The position numbers and the translations under genes are program-made. Shown one piece after another: positions 20,601 to 31,319 of a stretch of 64,000 nt of DNA (positions are counted from its first letter, which is position 1; each line of letters starts with the position of its first letter). This DNA comes from Myxococcota bacterium (GTDB taxonomy: Bacteria > Myxococcota_A > Bradymonadia > UBA7976 > UBA1532), in assembly GCA_036337435.1 (NCBI GenBank), contig JAYZEG010000020.1, positions 1 to 64,000 of the forward strand. Direction: 5' to 3'. The notes below the pieces were generated by a model, which was not told where the DNA came from, did no database searches, and was given only the letters and a program-made list of their open reading frames with translations.

Positions 20601-23413
20601 GCTTTAGGTGACTGGACAGAAGTCGCCGAATTATTGAAGGTTCAGCTCGACACGGCACAGGTCAACGAGCGACCTGCCATACTCGTCAGTCTCGCCAAGC
20701 TTGCATATGACGAATTGAATAGGCCCGATGAAGGTCTGCAATTTGCGCAGGCTGCGCTCGCAGAGGTCGACGATTATATACCGGCCCTGACCTTATTGGC
20801 CGATAAGAGTTTTACTGCTGAGAACTGGCTTGTCGCTCAAAAGGCACTCAGCAAACTTCTCCAACTGGAAGGGGTTCATGCTCGACCAGACGATCGATTT
20901 AGACTTGCACTCACTCAGTTGGAGCTCGGTCAAGAGAGCCTCAGCTACGACGGTCTCAGGGCACTTCGTAATGAAGGCAGCTATATCCCCGGTCTAAGCA
21001 TCGCGATGGCCCGTGCGTGCGTTGTACTCGGGCATGGACGTGTCCTGGCGACCCTGATTGACGAATTATTGGACGAAGCCGAGGTCGAGGACGCCCAACT
21101 ATTGAGAGACGCAGCCAAAACATTGCGAGCCGAAAGCGACAATGAGGGATTGGCTCGCCGCTGCATTGATGCAGCGTCGGCCTTCGACGGCTTGCCAGGT
21201 GACGATTTTGATTCGGTAGGTCAAGGCGTTCGGGACGGTAATATGCGGGCGACGATGCCGTTGCCAGTGATTGATGAGACCCAACTCGAGGTTGGTCGAC
21301 TCGATGTCGATTCGACACCTGACGCCAATCGCGTAAACCAGGATGTTTTGACCACTCGCGAAGTCGGCTCTCTCGACCGCGCAGGGGTCTCTATGGACGA
21401 AGCGTACGAAGAAACTCTGGCATCTCTATCGGACACCTATGCTGCCGATGATGACGAGTTGCCTCCGCTCGCTACAAGGCGGCTTCCGACCGAAGAAGAA
21501 ATACAAAACCCGGCCGATGCTGCAGCCCAGTTGCGCGCACGAGCCGATGAGCTCGGCGACACACCCAATGCGGCCCCAATTTGGTTGCAATTGGCCGAAC
21601 TCATTCGTGATCGAATGCACGATCCAGATGGGGCTGTTCCTTGCTTTGAAAGAGTACTCGAACTTGCAGGTCCAACCAGCAGTGAATGGCTTGAATCCGT
21701 CGAGGCTCTTGAGGATTTATTCGCCATCAGAGAAAACTGGAGTTCTTTGCTTAGACTCTATGATATCCGTTTGGCAAACCAGCCGGAAAATGCAGCCTCG
21801 ATCCACTTATTGAGGGCGTCTGTTTTAAATACACATGGTCGATTAGAGGAAGCGAGTGAGGCGGCTGAGAAAGCCTTGTCGCTGGGCGACCGTGCCAGAG
21901 AGTTACTGATTGGCATTCTGGAAAAACAAGGTGATTCGGAAAGGATTGAGGACCTTTTGCTCAGCGACCTCGATGATTTGGGGAAGGCTGACCGAGGTTA
22001 TCGCTACTGGCGAGCAGCTGATGTCGCTCAAAAAACTCACGAGGGACGAGCTCTGACTTATTTGAGCCAGGCGGCAAAATTGCTGTCCGATACGGAATTA
22101 GCGACACAATTTCTGAATTTGGCACGACAGATGGATGATGCAGAGCTGTTGGTCGACGCATTGTTCTATCAGGCTACCAATTGGGCGAGTCGACCGCGGC
22201 CGCCGTTCGGCGTTCAAGCCTGCTCGCTGAGGCTGCCAAAGTGTTAGAACCATCGGGCGATTTAGAGCGTATCCGGCTTGTTTTAGAGGACAGCTTGAAC
22301 GCCTGGGCAGAGAACGTAGACGCGCTGTCTGCCCTGAGCCGTTGTCTAGAACAATTGAACGATGATGAGGCTTTATTTGCCTTGTTGGAGCGGGAAATGA
22401 GCCTGCTTCTTCCCGGCCTTCATCGCGGTCGTGCAGCCGTTAAATTGGCATACTTAGCAAAACGTTTGAATCATGACTCGGAGCAGATTGCTAAGTATGT
22501 CAGTTTAGCTCTGAGGGATCTCGAAGGGACTGAGGACGAGCAGCAGATCAGGGATGGGTTTAGCGAATTTGTCGTTCAACCCTTATCGAGCGTGACCCAA
22601 TCTTTGATAGAGCAGGCCCGAGAAAAACTGGTTGATGGGGGTGATGTTGAGACCATTGGTGCCCTTTTGGAGGAGGTTCTTGGCTTGGATTCTCAATCAT
22701 TGGACGCGTACGAGCTTCTCGGGCAGTTGTACACGCAAGCGGATATGATTTCTGAGTTGGTCTCTGTGTTAGAGCGCCATGCCACTGTCGTTGGTGCCAG
22801 CAGCAGACGCGCGCAATTGCGTATTCGTCGAGCCCGGTTGACCCATGAACGGCTCCAAGAGCCAAAAAGTGCATTGGAGCAGTTCAAGGTCGTGCTTGCC
22901 GATTCAGCTGCTGATTTTGATGCGACCAGGGAAGCATTGGAAGCCATTGGACAGCTTGCCTCAGACGCGACGATTTCTGAGGAGTGCACTCGGATTTTAT
23001 CCGAGCGGATTGCCAACAGCCATGAGGTCGAAGAGATCGCTTGGCTGCTCAGTCTTCGTGGTCAGCTGCATGAAACGGTTATCAACGACATTGAAATGGC
23101 GAGAGACGACTATAGACAGGCACTCGAAAATGACCCGGATTACGGTCCTGCGCTGCTGTCGATGGCTCAGACTGATGAGGCGCGGGGTGAGCAGCAAACG
23201 GCTGTTGTATTTTACCGCCGGGCTCTGGAAACGACCACGACCGGACTTAATTCCAATGAACGTTTGCTCGCATTCGATGGGGCCATTCGCGGGTTTGAAG
23301 CACTTGAATTGTCCGACGACCTGGTTGAGTTTGCGATGTCGGTTGCCGAACGCTATCCCGACAGCAAAGAGTTGCAGTTGCGAGTACAAGATGTTGTAGA
23401 GGCTGCCCCATGA
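17646..23413 (+). pseudogene. giant TPR-repeat protein (about 1920 aa) interrupted by a single frameshift near 22176-22180; real lesion or sequencing error
   Basis: ORFs 17646..22247 and 22181..23413 both carry TPR-like helical repeats and overlap in different frames; adding one base at ...GCTACCAATTGG... joins them. Confidence 0.75.
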
Positions 23414-24471
23414 AAGCCGGCGTCCAAAGGTATCCCGCGGTTGCTGAGGAAAGCAGCTTACGCGGACGGCAAGGCTCGTTCTTTGACAGAGCGAATCGGC
23501 AGCTGACCTATCTCCGGGTGTCTGTGACTGATCGGTGTAACTATAGCTGTCACTATTGCATGCCTGCCGGAGGCTGGAAAGCCTCCCCGAGGGCAGAGCT
23601 TCTCTCCCTCGAGGAAATCGCCCGAATCGTCAGAGTGATGGCCAAGCATGGCGTCAAAAAAATTCGCATTACGGGTGGAGAGCCCTTGCTGCGCAAGAAT
23701 GTGACCGACCTCATACGCTGGATCGCCGAGACACCGGGGATCTCCGAAGTTGCGTTGACGACAAATGGTCATTTACTTCCACAATTTGCCGAGGCTCTCA
23801 AGAAAAGCGGTTTGACTCGCCTAACTGTGAGCATTGATACATTTGATCCGGTCGTCTTCGAGGAACTTACAGGGGGCGATCTCGCTCGTGTACTCACTGG
23901 CATCGAAGTAGCCCAACAGGTTGGATTCAAAAATATTGGGATCAATGTGGTCGCCTTGGACAACATTAATTCAGGTCGGTTGTCAGACATTACGCAGCAC
24001 TGCTGGAACCGCGATTTAACGCCGCGATTTATTGAGTTGATGCCTATTGGCGGCCTTCCGTACCAGCAGGCTAAGCATCGATACAACTACGCCTCCATCT
24101 TTGACGAATTAGATCGAGAGTTCGGACTGGTTGAAAGACTCAAGGGCATATCCGCTCACGGTGGACCCGCGCGTTATTGGACTGCATCCAAGGGACCCTG
24201 GCTTGGACGACATCTGGGGACAATTAGCCCCATGTCTGACGGTCACTTCTGTGGGGATTGTAATCGGGCTCGGTTAACGGCTCGAGGTGGATTCAGGCCA
24301 TGTCTAGCGAATGATGAAGAGGTATCACTTTTGCATGCACTGCGTCGGGGCGAGTCGGATTCGCACTTGGCGAGTCTGGTCTCGAACGCCATGGCAGGGA
24401 AATTAGATGCTCATCGATTGACTGATGGGACGTTTATTCCGCTCACGGTTATGACAGGAATTGGTGGTTAA
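23410..24471 (+). CDS. moaA: GTP 3',8-cyclase MoaA
   Basis: YLRVSVTDRCNYSCHYC, RITGGEPLLR, FCGDCNRARL..RPC, C-terminal MTGIGG. Confidence 0.98.
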   Translation: MKAGVQRYPAVAEESSLRGRQGSFFDRANRQLTYLRVSVTDRCNYSCHYCMPAGGWKASPRAELLSLEEIARIVRVMAKHGVKKIRITGGEPLLRKNVTDLIRWIAETPGISEVALTTNGHLLPQFAEALKKSGLTRLTVSIDTFDPVVFEELTGGDLARVLTGIEVAQQVGFKNIGINVVALDNINSGRLSDITQHCWNRDLTPRFIELMPIGGLPYQQAKHRYNYASIFDELDREFGLVERLKGISAHGGPARYWTASKGPWLGRHLGTISPMSDGHFCGDCNRARLTARGGFRPCLANDEEVSLLHALRRGESDSHLASLVSNAMAGKLDAHRLTDGTFIPLTVMTGIGG

Positions 24472-24607
24472 TTGGGTTTGAGAATGACCCGACGAATATG
24501 TTGAAACAAATCCGTTCGGTCGCGCATCTTGAGATAGATTTGACTTTTCCCGGAAGTAACGGGGTAATCAGCGAGAATATTCGTTGTTTCGATGGCTGAG
24601 GAAAACC

Positions 24608-25051
24608 ATGGAAGAACAGTTGCAGATAGAAAAGAAAAAGCGACTCCGGTTGGTTGTGTTGCTGGTGCTCGGCGTCGCAGGATTTTACGTGTTTATAAAC
24701 AGCGCAATGGAAGGTGGCGTGTACTACCTAACGGTGGAGCAAGCCGTGGCACAGCCGTCGAAGTCTAAACGTGCGATTCGCATCAAAGGCAACGTCGTCA
24801 AAGGAAGCTACAGCAATCCTGACGGTGGTAAAGACCATAAATTCGCCATTGAAAGTGGCACAGCAGCCACGATCCCGGTCGCTTTCGCCGGTGCTTTACC
24901 CGACAAGTTCAAAGAGGGTGGTGAAGTGATTGTCACAGGCGTTCGAGGCATCCAGGGAACCTTGGTGGCCACTGAAGTATCAGCTAAGTGTCCCTCTAAA
25001 TCCGAGGGCGTATTGTCCGAAGAAGCCCGAGAACGACTCGGCACGAACTGA
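24608..25051 (+). CDS. ccmE: cytochrome c maturation heme chaperone CcmE, Cys-type
   Basis: N-terminal TM, VYYLTV, LPDKFKEGGEVIVTG, AKCPSK; directly upstream of ccmF. Confidence 0.93.
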   Translation: MEEQLQIEKKKRLRLVVLLVLGVAGFYVFINSAMEGGVYYLTVEQAVAQPSKSKRAIRIKGNVVKGSYSNPDGGKDHKFAIESGTAATIPVAFAGALPDKFKEGGEVIVTGVRGIQGTLVATEVSAKCPSKSEGVLSEEARERLGTN

Positions 25052-25069
25052 GCAGAGAGCAATCTAAAC

Positions 25070-27238
25070 GTGATAGACCCAAATTTTCTAGGCAGCTTTT
25101 TACTTTACTTTGCCATGGTTGTGGCTGCTTTTTCCACAACAGCAAGCGTCGTCGGTCGGTATCGCGAAGATGGCCGTTTGATGATCGCGGGCGAACGAGC
25201 CGGATATGCTTTGTGCGCAATCATGATTTGCGCAGCTTTCATTTTGGTGCACGCCTTCCTCGACCATGACTATGCCAATAAATATGTACAGCGTTATTCA
25301 GACAATAACATGCCGTGGTACTACCTTGTCGCCGCCTTTTGGGGGGGGCAAGAGGGATCATTGATGTTTTGGTCTGTGGTACTGGCAGTGATTACTGCCA
25401 TCGTCATCTGGCAGAACCGGGACCAAAACCGAGATGTGCTACCGACGGTGATCGCGGTCCTCATGGTCGTTCAAGCGTTCTTCCTTTTGCTCATGATCGT
25501 GGAAGCCAATCCGTTTGCCACCTTCAGAATCAACGAACCGCCGATCAATGGTCGCGGCTTGGAACCCTTATTGCAGAATCCGGCCATGACCTTCCACCCG
25601 CCGAGCATCCTCAGCGGATATGTTTGGTGGACGGTGCCCTTTGCGTTTGCCGTCGCAGCTATGATTCATAAACGTCTGAATGATTCCTGGATACGAACAA
25701 CGCGTCGATACGCTGTCGTTTCCTGGGGATTTTTATCCATCGGTAATCTTTTCGGCGGCATGTGGGCATACCAAGAGCTTGGTTGGGGTGGCTTCTGGGG
25801 TTGGGATCCCGTCGAAAATGCATCCCTCATGCCTTGGTTTACAGCCACGGCGTACTTGCACTCGGTGATGATTCAGGAACGCCGAGGTATGCTGAAGGTC
25901 TGGAACATCGCGTTGGTCTTTTTGACCTACTTCCTCACTGTGTTCGGGACCTTCTTGACTCGGTCGGGCCTCATCGATTCGGTGCACACCTTCGCACAGA
26001 GTGACATCGGGGAATATTTCATGGTCGCCTTGGTCCTGCTGGCACTCTTTTGCATCGGACTCATTGTTTGGCGTGTCATGGACGGGTCACTCCGAAGCAA
26101 AGCTGATGTCGACAGCATTGTCAGTCGTGAAGGTGTGTTTCTACTCAACAACCTACTGCTTCTTGGCTGCGTTGGCGTGGTCATGTTTGGTACTTTGGGC
26201 GAGAAGATCAGTGCCTATTTCTGGCAGGAAACAAAGTATACGGCGCCTTGGTTTAATGCTTGGATGGTACCGGGTGGCCTCGCCTTGATCGTGCTTATGG
26301 GAATTGGTCCTCTGATCCCGTGGCGTAAGGTCACTCTCAAGAGTCTGAAGCGGAATTTCCTCATTCCGACCGTTGTGTCTCTAGTCGCCACGGTCGCTGT
26401 GTACCTATCCGACATTTATCACATACAAGAACATGTTGCTGCGACACATGTCCCGTTCGGGGCTGTCCCACTTGGTCGTATTCCGCTGGTTGCCGAATTG
26501 ACGGGAGTCTATGCCCTCATCGGCTTTTATGGCGTATTTTTTGTGGCGTATACACTTTTCGTCGAGTTTTATCGAGGGGCACAGATTAGGGCCAAAAATG
26601 CCAAGGAGTCATATGTGGGCGCGCTGCTGGGCCTGTTATCGAAGCAGAAGCGGCGCTACGGGGGCTACCTCACTCACCTCGGCTTCGCTGGACTTTTTCT
26701 CGGTTTCATCGGAACGGGCCTCAAAACCGAGCAAGATCTGAAATTCAGCTCGGTCGGGGATACCCATGTCATCGAAGGGCATCAGCTGACCTACGTAGGC
26801 ATGAAGAAATTCTCCAGTCGAGAATACGCCGAAGACTTCGCGGAGTTCAAACTGGCGAGCCTCAACGACGATGGCACCGTCGGGGAAGAGTTGGGCTTGC
26901 TGCGCCCATCGAGGCGACGTTATCACGGTGCAAACGTCCGGTTATCGAGAACGACAACGGAGAAGGACGAGGTGTTTCTGTTCAAAGGCAATGTCTACCT
27001 TTCGTTGACCGCGTACGATCCGATGGCTGGCCAGTGGGCTGAGGTAAAAGCCCACTTCAATCCGATGCTGATTTTCATGTGGCTGGGTGGAGCCCTCCTT
27101 TTGATTGGAGTTGGCTTCGCACTTTGGCCTGATACCAATCCGTATCCCGTGTATACGGCGGCGACGCGGCGACGTAAAGCTAAAGCAATACCGAAAGCAC
27201 CTGAGACTGCGACTGCACAACGGACCGAAAGCGGATAG
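25070..27238 (+). CDS. ccmF: heme lyase CcmF
   Basis: WGGQEGSL, HPP, WAYQELGWGGFWGWDPVENAS, SVHTF; many TM helices. Confidence 0.98.
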   Translation: MIDPNFLGSFLLYFAMVVAAFSTTASVVGRYREDGRLMIAGERAGYALCAIMICAAFILVHAFLDHDYANKYVQRYSDNNMPWYYLVAAFWGGQEGSLMFWSVVLAVITAIVIWQNRDQNRDVLPTVIAVLMVVQAFFLLLMIVEANPFATFRINEPPINGRGLEPLLQNPAMTFHPPSILSGYVWWTVPFAFAVAAMIHKRLNDSWIRTTRRYAVVSWGFLSIGNLFGGMWAYQELGWGGFWGWDPVENASLMPWFTATAYLHSVMIQERRGMLKVWNIALVFLTYFLTVFGTFLTRSGLIDSVHTFAQSDIGEYFMVALVLLALFCIGLIVWRVMDGSLRSKADVDSIVSREGVFLLNNLLLLGCVGVVMFGTLGEKISAYFWQETKYTAPWFNAWMVPGGLALIVLMGIGPLIPWRKVTLKSLKRNFLIPTVVSLVATVAVYLSDIYHIQEHVAATHVPFGAVPLGRIPLVAELTGVYALIGFYGVFFVAYTLFVEFYRGAQIRAKNAKESYVGALLGLLSKQKRRYGGYLTHLGFAGLFLGFIGTGLKTEQDLKFSSVGDTHVIEGHQLTYVGMKKFSSREYAEDFAEFKLASLNDDGTVGEELGLLRPSRRRYHGANVRLSRTTTEKDEVFLFKGNVYLSLTAYDPMAGQWAEVKAHFNPMLIFMWLGGALLLIGVGFALWPDTNPYPVYTAATRRRKAKAIPKAPETATAQRTESG

Positions 27239-27240
27239 CC

Positions 27241-27630
27241 ATGGTTTTGTCGCTTGCTATTGGTACGGGGCTTCTCGCATCATACTGGATTTATTTGTCA
27301 CTTCGCCCGCTTGCAGAAAAAGGGCAGGTCTCTGCAGCTGATTGGGCGCGGCTGGACGATGACTCCACAGAATTGTTGGCCAAGCGAGACCGTTTGATCG
27401 AAGAGTTGAAAGACATTGAGTTTGAAGCGGCTCTCAATAAGGTCGATGGCCGGGACTTGGAATTACTCCGGCAGCGGTATGAATCGGCCGCCGTTGACGT
27501 GATGGGCGAACTCGAAGACGAGGTCAGTCAATACGGTTCGCGAATCGAAGCGGACATTGGACAGGTCAGGCATCGCCGTAACCTCGGCGATGACACCCCT
27601 GGCGCAGATGAAGTGGGGGAGGGAGCATGA
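27241..27630 (+). CDS. ccm-associated membrane protein (resembles CcmI N-terminal region)
   Basis: N-terminal TM then KRDRLIEELKDIEFE..L.K...D...L..RY; located within the ccm operon. Confidence 0.65.
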   Translation: MVLSLAIGTGLLASYWIYLSLRPLAEKGQVSAADWARLDDDSTELLAKRDRLIEELKDIEFEAALNKVDGRDLELLRQRYESAAVDVMGELEDEVSQYGSRIEADIGQVRHRRNLGDDTPGADEVGEGA

Positions 27631-28898
27631 TGAAGCCCACCAGCCCCTTCTTTTTTTGGTGTGTTTTGGGTCTCCTGGCGTCGCCGGCTGGTTTTACGCA
27701 GCCCTACTCTAAGTCAGGTCAAACGGAGGCGACGCCGAAGGGACCAATGCCGTTCATGGCAGCAATGAAGCGGCACAACATGCTGCTGAAGGTCGTCAAG
27801 AAGAACGAGGCGGGTCTGTTGGTTCCGGTTGCTGAAGGGACGCCAGTCGGCGTACGCGTCTATCGGGGCGGCGGTTCGCCGAAAGACTATACGGCAACGA
27901 CGACTGCGGACGGGAGTGCCACTGTCGTGGGTGTACCCTCAAATCCGATGATTCAACGCATGTTGAAATACGAGGCTTTTGTTGACCATGGCGGCGTTCG
28001 GTATCCATTTCAACTCGATGGCATTCCCAGTGATGGTGCGGAAATTCAGCTCACCGTAACCCAAGTGGTGGCCGGTGACCTATCGCAGGTGAGTGCCGCT
28101 CACGAAATTGAAATTTCCGCCGATGAAGACTCCGTGATAGCCCGCCATATCATTCGGCTAACCAACGAGGGGCAGTCAACCGTTAACCTAGGAGCCTTAC
28201 CGGGCGGCGGGCTCGTCTTGCCCTGTCCCACCGGCGCGAAGCACCCCGAAATGCACGAGCAGGCCAAAAATCGCGCAGAAGTTCGCGGGACATCGATCGT
28301 GTTCCGAGGAGCATTACTTCCAGGAGCGCAGGGGGCCCAATCCGTCAGTATGGCGTACACGATTCCATATAAGGCCGAGAAATTTGAATGGGTCCAGACT
28401 CTACCCGTTCGGACGACATCGACAACCGTCGCGGCACCCCAATTCAAGCAAAGCAGGCAAAGAGCCGCGGTCCCCATGAGCCTCACGACGAGACAAGGTC
28501 AAGGGACAACAGATATTATTACAGAGCGCAACGGTCGCCAATGGGCGGTCCTGCGTGCGGGTTCGATTAATTTGGCGGCAAACGAGCCACTCCGTTTTGC
28601 AATCGGCGGCCTACCCGTTCCAAGTAAGCTTCCTTACCAAATCCTGGTTGCGGCCGTCGTCTTGGTCATTTTGATCGTCGTGTTCGGATTCCGAAGGCAA
28701 CCAGAGGAGCAAGGCCTTGTTTTGTCTCTCAGTCATCTTGAGACGGAGCGCGACCGTCTCGTCAAAGTGTTGGCAAGAATGCGCAAGGCCCATGAAAAGG
28801 GCCGAATGCCGACGCCGCGGTTTGAACGGGAACAAGAGGCGATTACCGCCAGGCTCGTGTCGCTATACAGGGCGATCGACCGGCTTAAGGTTTCGTGA
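27627..28898 (+). CDS. ccm-associated single-pass membrane protein with periplasmic beta domains and cytoplasmic helical tail
   Basis: Signal-like N-terminus, beta-rich body, TM near aa 335-355, ERDRLVKVLA tail; ATGA and GTGA overlaps with neighbours. Confidence 0.7.
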   Translation: MMKPTSPFFFWCVLGLLASPAGFTQPYSKSGQTEATPKGPMPFMAAMKRHNMLLKVVKKNEAGLLVPVAEGTPVGVRVYRGGGSPKDYTATTTADGSATVVGVPSNPMIQRMLKYEAFVDHGGVRYPFQLDGIPSDGAEIQLTVTQVVAGDLSQVSAAHEIEISADEDSVIARHIIRLTNEGQSTVNLGALPGGGLVLPCPTGAKHPEMHEQAKNRAEVRGTSIVFRGALLPGAQGAQSVSMAYTIPYKAEKFEWVQTLPVRTTSTTVAAPQFKQSRQRAAVPMSLTTRQGQGTTDIITERNGRQWAVLRAGSINLAANEPLRFAIGGLPVPSKLPYQILVAAVVLVILIVVFGFRRQPEEQGLVLSLSHLETERDRLVKVLARMRKAHEKGRMPTPRFEREQEAITARLVSLYRAIDRLKVS

Positions 28899-29611
28899 GC
28901 GAGATGGCTCTCGCTGTTCGTACCCAAGAGCTATCCCGTGCCTACGATGATGACTATGCACTCATCGGCCTGACTGCAACCTTCCATTCCGGTACGACTA
29001 CGGCGATTTTAGGACCTAATGGGGCGGGTAAATCCACTCTGCTCCACCTTCTTACGCTGATGATGCGACCGACGGAGGGCACCATCTTCTTTAACGACGT
29101 CGAAGCGAAACCAAACAGTGAGAATCACCGCTCGAAAATTGGTTATGTAGGTCATCAGACCATGCTCTATCGGACTCGAACAGGCCGCGAGAATCTCATG
29201 TTTTTTGGGCGTTTATACGGGCTCGACGAGTTGACCAGTAGAGTTGACGAGTTGTTAACTGTTGTCGGATTGAGCGATGCGGCCCATCGGAACGTTGAAG
29301 AGTACAGCCGCGGCATGGCGCAACGGTTGACCATCGCACGCGCGCTGCTGCCAAAACCATCACTGTTGCTCTTAGACGAACCGTTTACAGGGCTCGATCA
29401 GCAAGGGCATCGGTTGGCGGAAGACCTGTTTCGGGAACAGAGGGAACAGGGTGCCATAACGCTGCTGGTCAGTCATGACTTGAGTGCAACCGCGCGGATT
29501 GCCGACCAGTGTCTGGTTTTAAAGCGGGGTCGGTTGCAATATCAAGGTCCGGTCGGGGACTCCCTACAGAGCGTATATCAAAGGGCCCTCCAGGAAGGGG
29601 CTGTTACGTGA
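28895..29611 (+). CDS. ccmA: heme ABC exporter ATP-binding protein CcmA
   Basis: GPNGAGKST, YSRGMAQR, LLLDEPFTGLD; directly upstream of ccmB. Confidence 0.9.
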   Translation: MSEMALAVRTQELSRAYDDDYALIGLTATFHSGTTTAILGPNGAGKSTLLHLLTLMMRPTEGTIFFNDVEAKPNSENHRSKIGYVGHQTMLYRTRTGRENLMFFGRLYGLDELTSRVDELLTVVGLSDAAHRNVEEYSRGMAQRLTIARALLPKPSLLLLDEPFTGLDQQGHRLAEDLFREQREQGAITLLVSHDLSATARIADQCLVLKRGRLQYQGPVGDSLQSVYQRALQEGAVT

Positions 29612-30309
29612 ACTTACCAGGCTTCCTCACGACCTTTCGAACCATTGTCGCCAACGATCTCATTGCGGAAATTCGCTCGAAACAAAACATCGTCACATTG
29701 ATTTTGTTTGGCGTTGTTCTGGCCCATATCTTTGCATTCGGGTTTACCAATGATGCCATCACTAATCGTCGGATTTTTCCTGGGATTCTATGGGCTTGTA
29801 TCTTCTTTACTGCGACGCTTGGAGTGGGTCGCACCTTTTCGAGAGAGACGGAAGATGGTGCATTTACAGCACTGATTTTGTCCCCGGGGGATCGGGCAGG
29901 ACTCCTGGTGGCCAAAATTCTCGTTAATTTTGTGCTGATGGTCATCACCATCGCTTTTGTGTTTCCGTTGTTGGTGATGCTGTTGGATGTTCGGCTGGTC
30001 GACCCAGATGACGTATCAGTCACTTGGGTTGTTTGCGCTCAATTGCTGACAGGTGTCATCGGTTTCTCAGTTATCGCGACGCCGCTTGCGGTCATGGCCG
30101 TCAGCGCGCGCTTTGCCGAGGTCTTGTTGCCCCTCATCATTTTTCCAATGGTGACTCCGGTTTTGATCGCTGGCGTGAGTGGCACTGGGATTGCTTTAGG
30201 AACAGTTGTTGGCGACTCCGTTTTACCTTGGTTACAATTCACTTGGGCGTTTAGTCTTATTTTTGGGGTCTTAGGGGTCGTACTCTTTGAACACATGGTG
30301 ACAGAATGA
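29608..30309 (+). CDS. ccmB: heme exporter protein CcmB
   Basis: NDLIAEIRS, FSRETEDGAF, LLPLIIFP..PVLI; multiple TMs; GTG start overlaps the ccmA stop. Confidence 0.92.
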   Translation: MNLPGFLTTFRTIVANDLIAEIRSKQNIVTLILFGVVLAHIFAFGFTNDAITNRRIFPGILWACIFFTATLGVGRTFSRETEDGAFTALILSPGDRAGLLVAKILVNFVLMVITIAFVFPLLVMLLDVRLVDPDDVSVTWVVCAQLLTGVIGFSVIATPLAVMAVSARFAEVLLPLIIFPMVTPVLIAGVSGTGIALGTVVGDSVLPWLQFTWAFSLIFGVLGVVLFEHMVTE

Positions 30310-30965
30310 AGCGTTTTCCCATCTTTTTAGCTTTGGCACTTGCAGGAATCTTTCTGGCTCATTATCTGGTCTTTGTCTACGCGCCGATGGAGACTGAGAT
30401 GCGTGCTGTACAGCGAATATTCTACTTTCATGTACCCAGCGCATGGCTCTGTTATCTCGGCTTTATTGCGTGTTTCGGTGGGAGTATTGGCTATCTACTC
30501 AGTCGAAAATCGAAATATGATTTATTTGCATACGCAGCCGCGGAAGTTGGGCTCGTATTCGGAGCGATCGTACTCACGACGGGTCCTTTATGGGCTCGGG
30601 CGGCCTGGGGTGTTTGGTGGCGCTGGGAGCCGCGGCTGACCAGCATGGCCCTTCTCGTGCTGATCTTTGCCGGCTATTGGGTTTTACGCACCTTCGGCGG
30701 CCGGGGAGACGGGGTTCGAAAATTTGCAGCGGTTCTCGCCGTGTTCGGCACCCCCAATATTGTCTTCGTTCATTATGCTGTCAAAAAGTGGAAGGGTGAC
30801 CACCCAAACAATGTGCAACTCGACCCCGAAATGCGTGTCGTATTGTATAGTTCGCTGGGGATTTTGATGATTGTGTTTTGGCTTTTAGTTATCAATCGGT
30901 ACCGGGCTCACCGAGACAATGCCATAGTCGGTGTACTTAAACGTCGATTGAGTCGACTTGGATAA
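30306..30965 (+). CDS. ccmC: heme exporter protein CcmC
   Basis: YFHVPSAW, WARAAWGVWWRWEPRLT (WWD domain), second conserved His region. Confidence 0.95.
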   Translation: MKRFPIFLALALAGIFLAHYLVFVYAPMETEMRAVQRIFYFHVPSAWLCYLGFIACFGGSIGYLLSRKSKYDLFAYAAAEVGLVFGAIVLTTGPLWARAAWGVWWRWEPRLTSMALLVLIFAGYWVLRTFGGRGDGVRKFAAVLAVFGTPNIVFVHYAVKKWKGDHPNNVQLDPEMRVVLYSSLGILMIVFWLLVINRYRAHRDNAIVGVLKRRLSRLG

Positions 30966-30968
30966 CCT

Positions 30969-31319
30969 GTGGGAATAATCATGCGTCAGTTCATTGCTTT
31001 ATTTTTGGTGGCCAGCCTCGGCATACCGAGCATCGTCCTTGCTCAAACAGGGGACGCCGCGGCGTCTGAGAAGGCTGCGGCGGCGACCAAGAAAGTGGGT
31101 ACGAGTCAGGAACGAGCCAGAGTCATTGAACAGTTCAAGGCTGCTGAGGCGCGGAACGAAGAACTTCGTTACAAGCACTTATGGATTGCCTACGCCATGG
31201 TCTGGATTGTTATTTTTACCTTCGTTTTTCGTACGTGGAAGCTTAATAATAAGACCTCGGATGAACTGGCACTTTTGAAGAGCCGACTCGCTAAGTTGGA
31301 GTCATCGGATGACACCTGA
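30969..31319 (+). CDS. ccmD: CcmD-family protein with N-terminal signal-like extension
   Basis: YKHLWIAYAMVWIVIFTFV followed by a charged helix, directly after ccmC; start may be the ATG at 30981. Confidence 0.7.
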   Translation: MGIIMRQFIALFLVASLGIPSIVLAQTGDAAASEKAAAATKKVGTSQERARVIEQFKAAEARNEELRYKHLWIAYAMVWIVIFTFVFRTWKLNNKTSDELALLKSRLAKLESSDDT

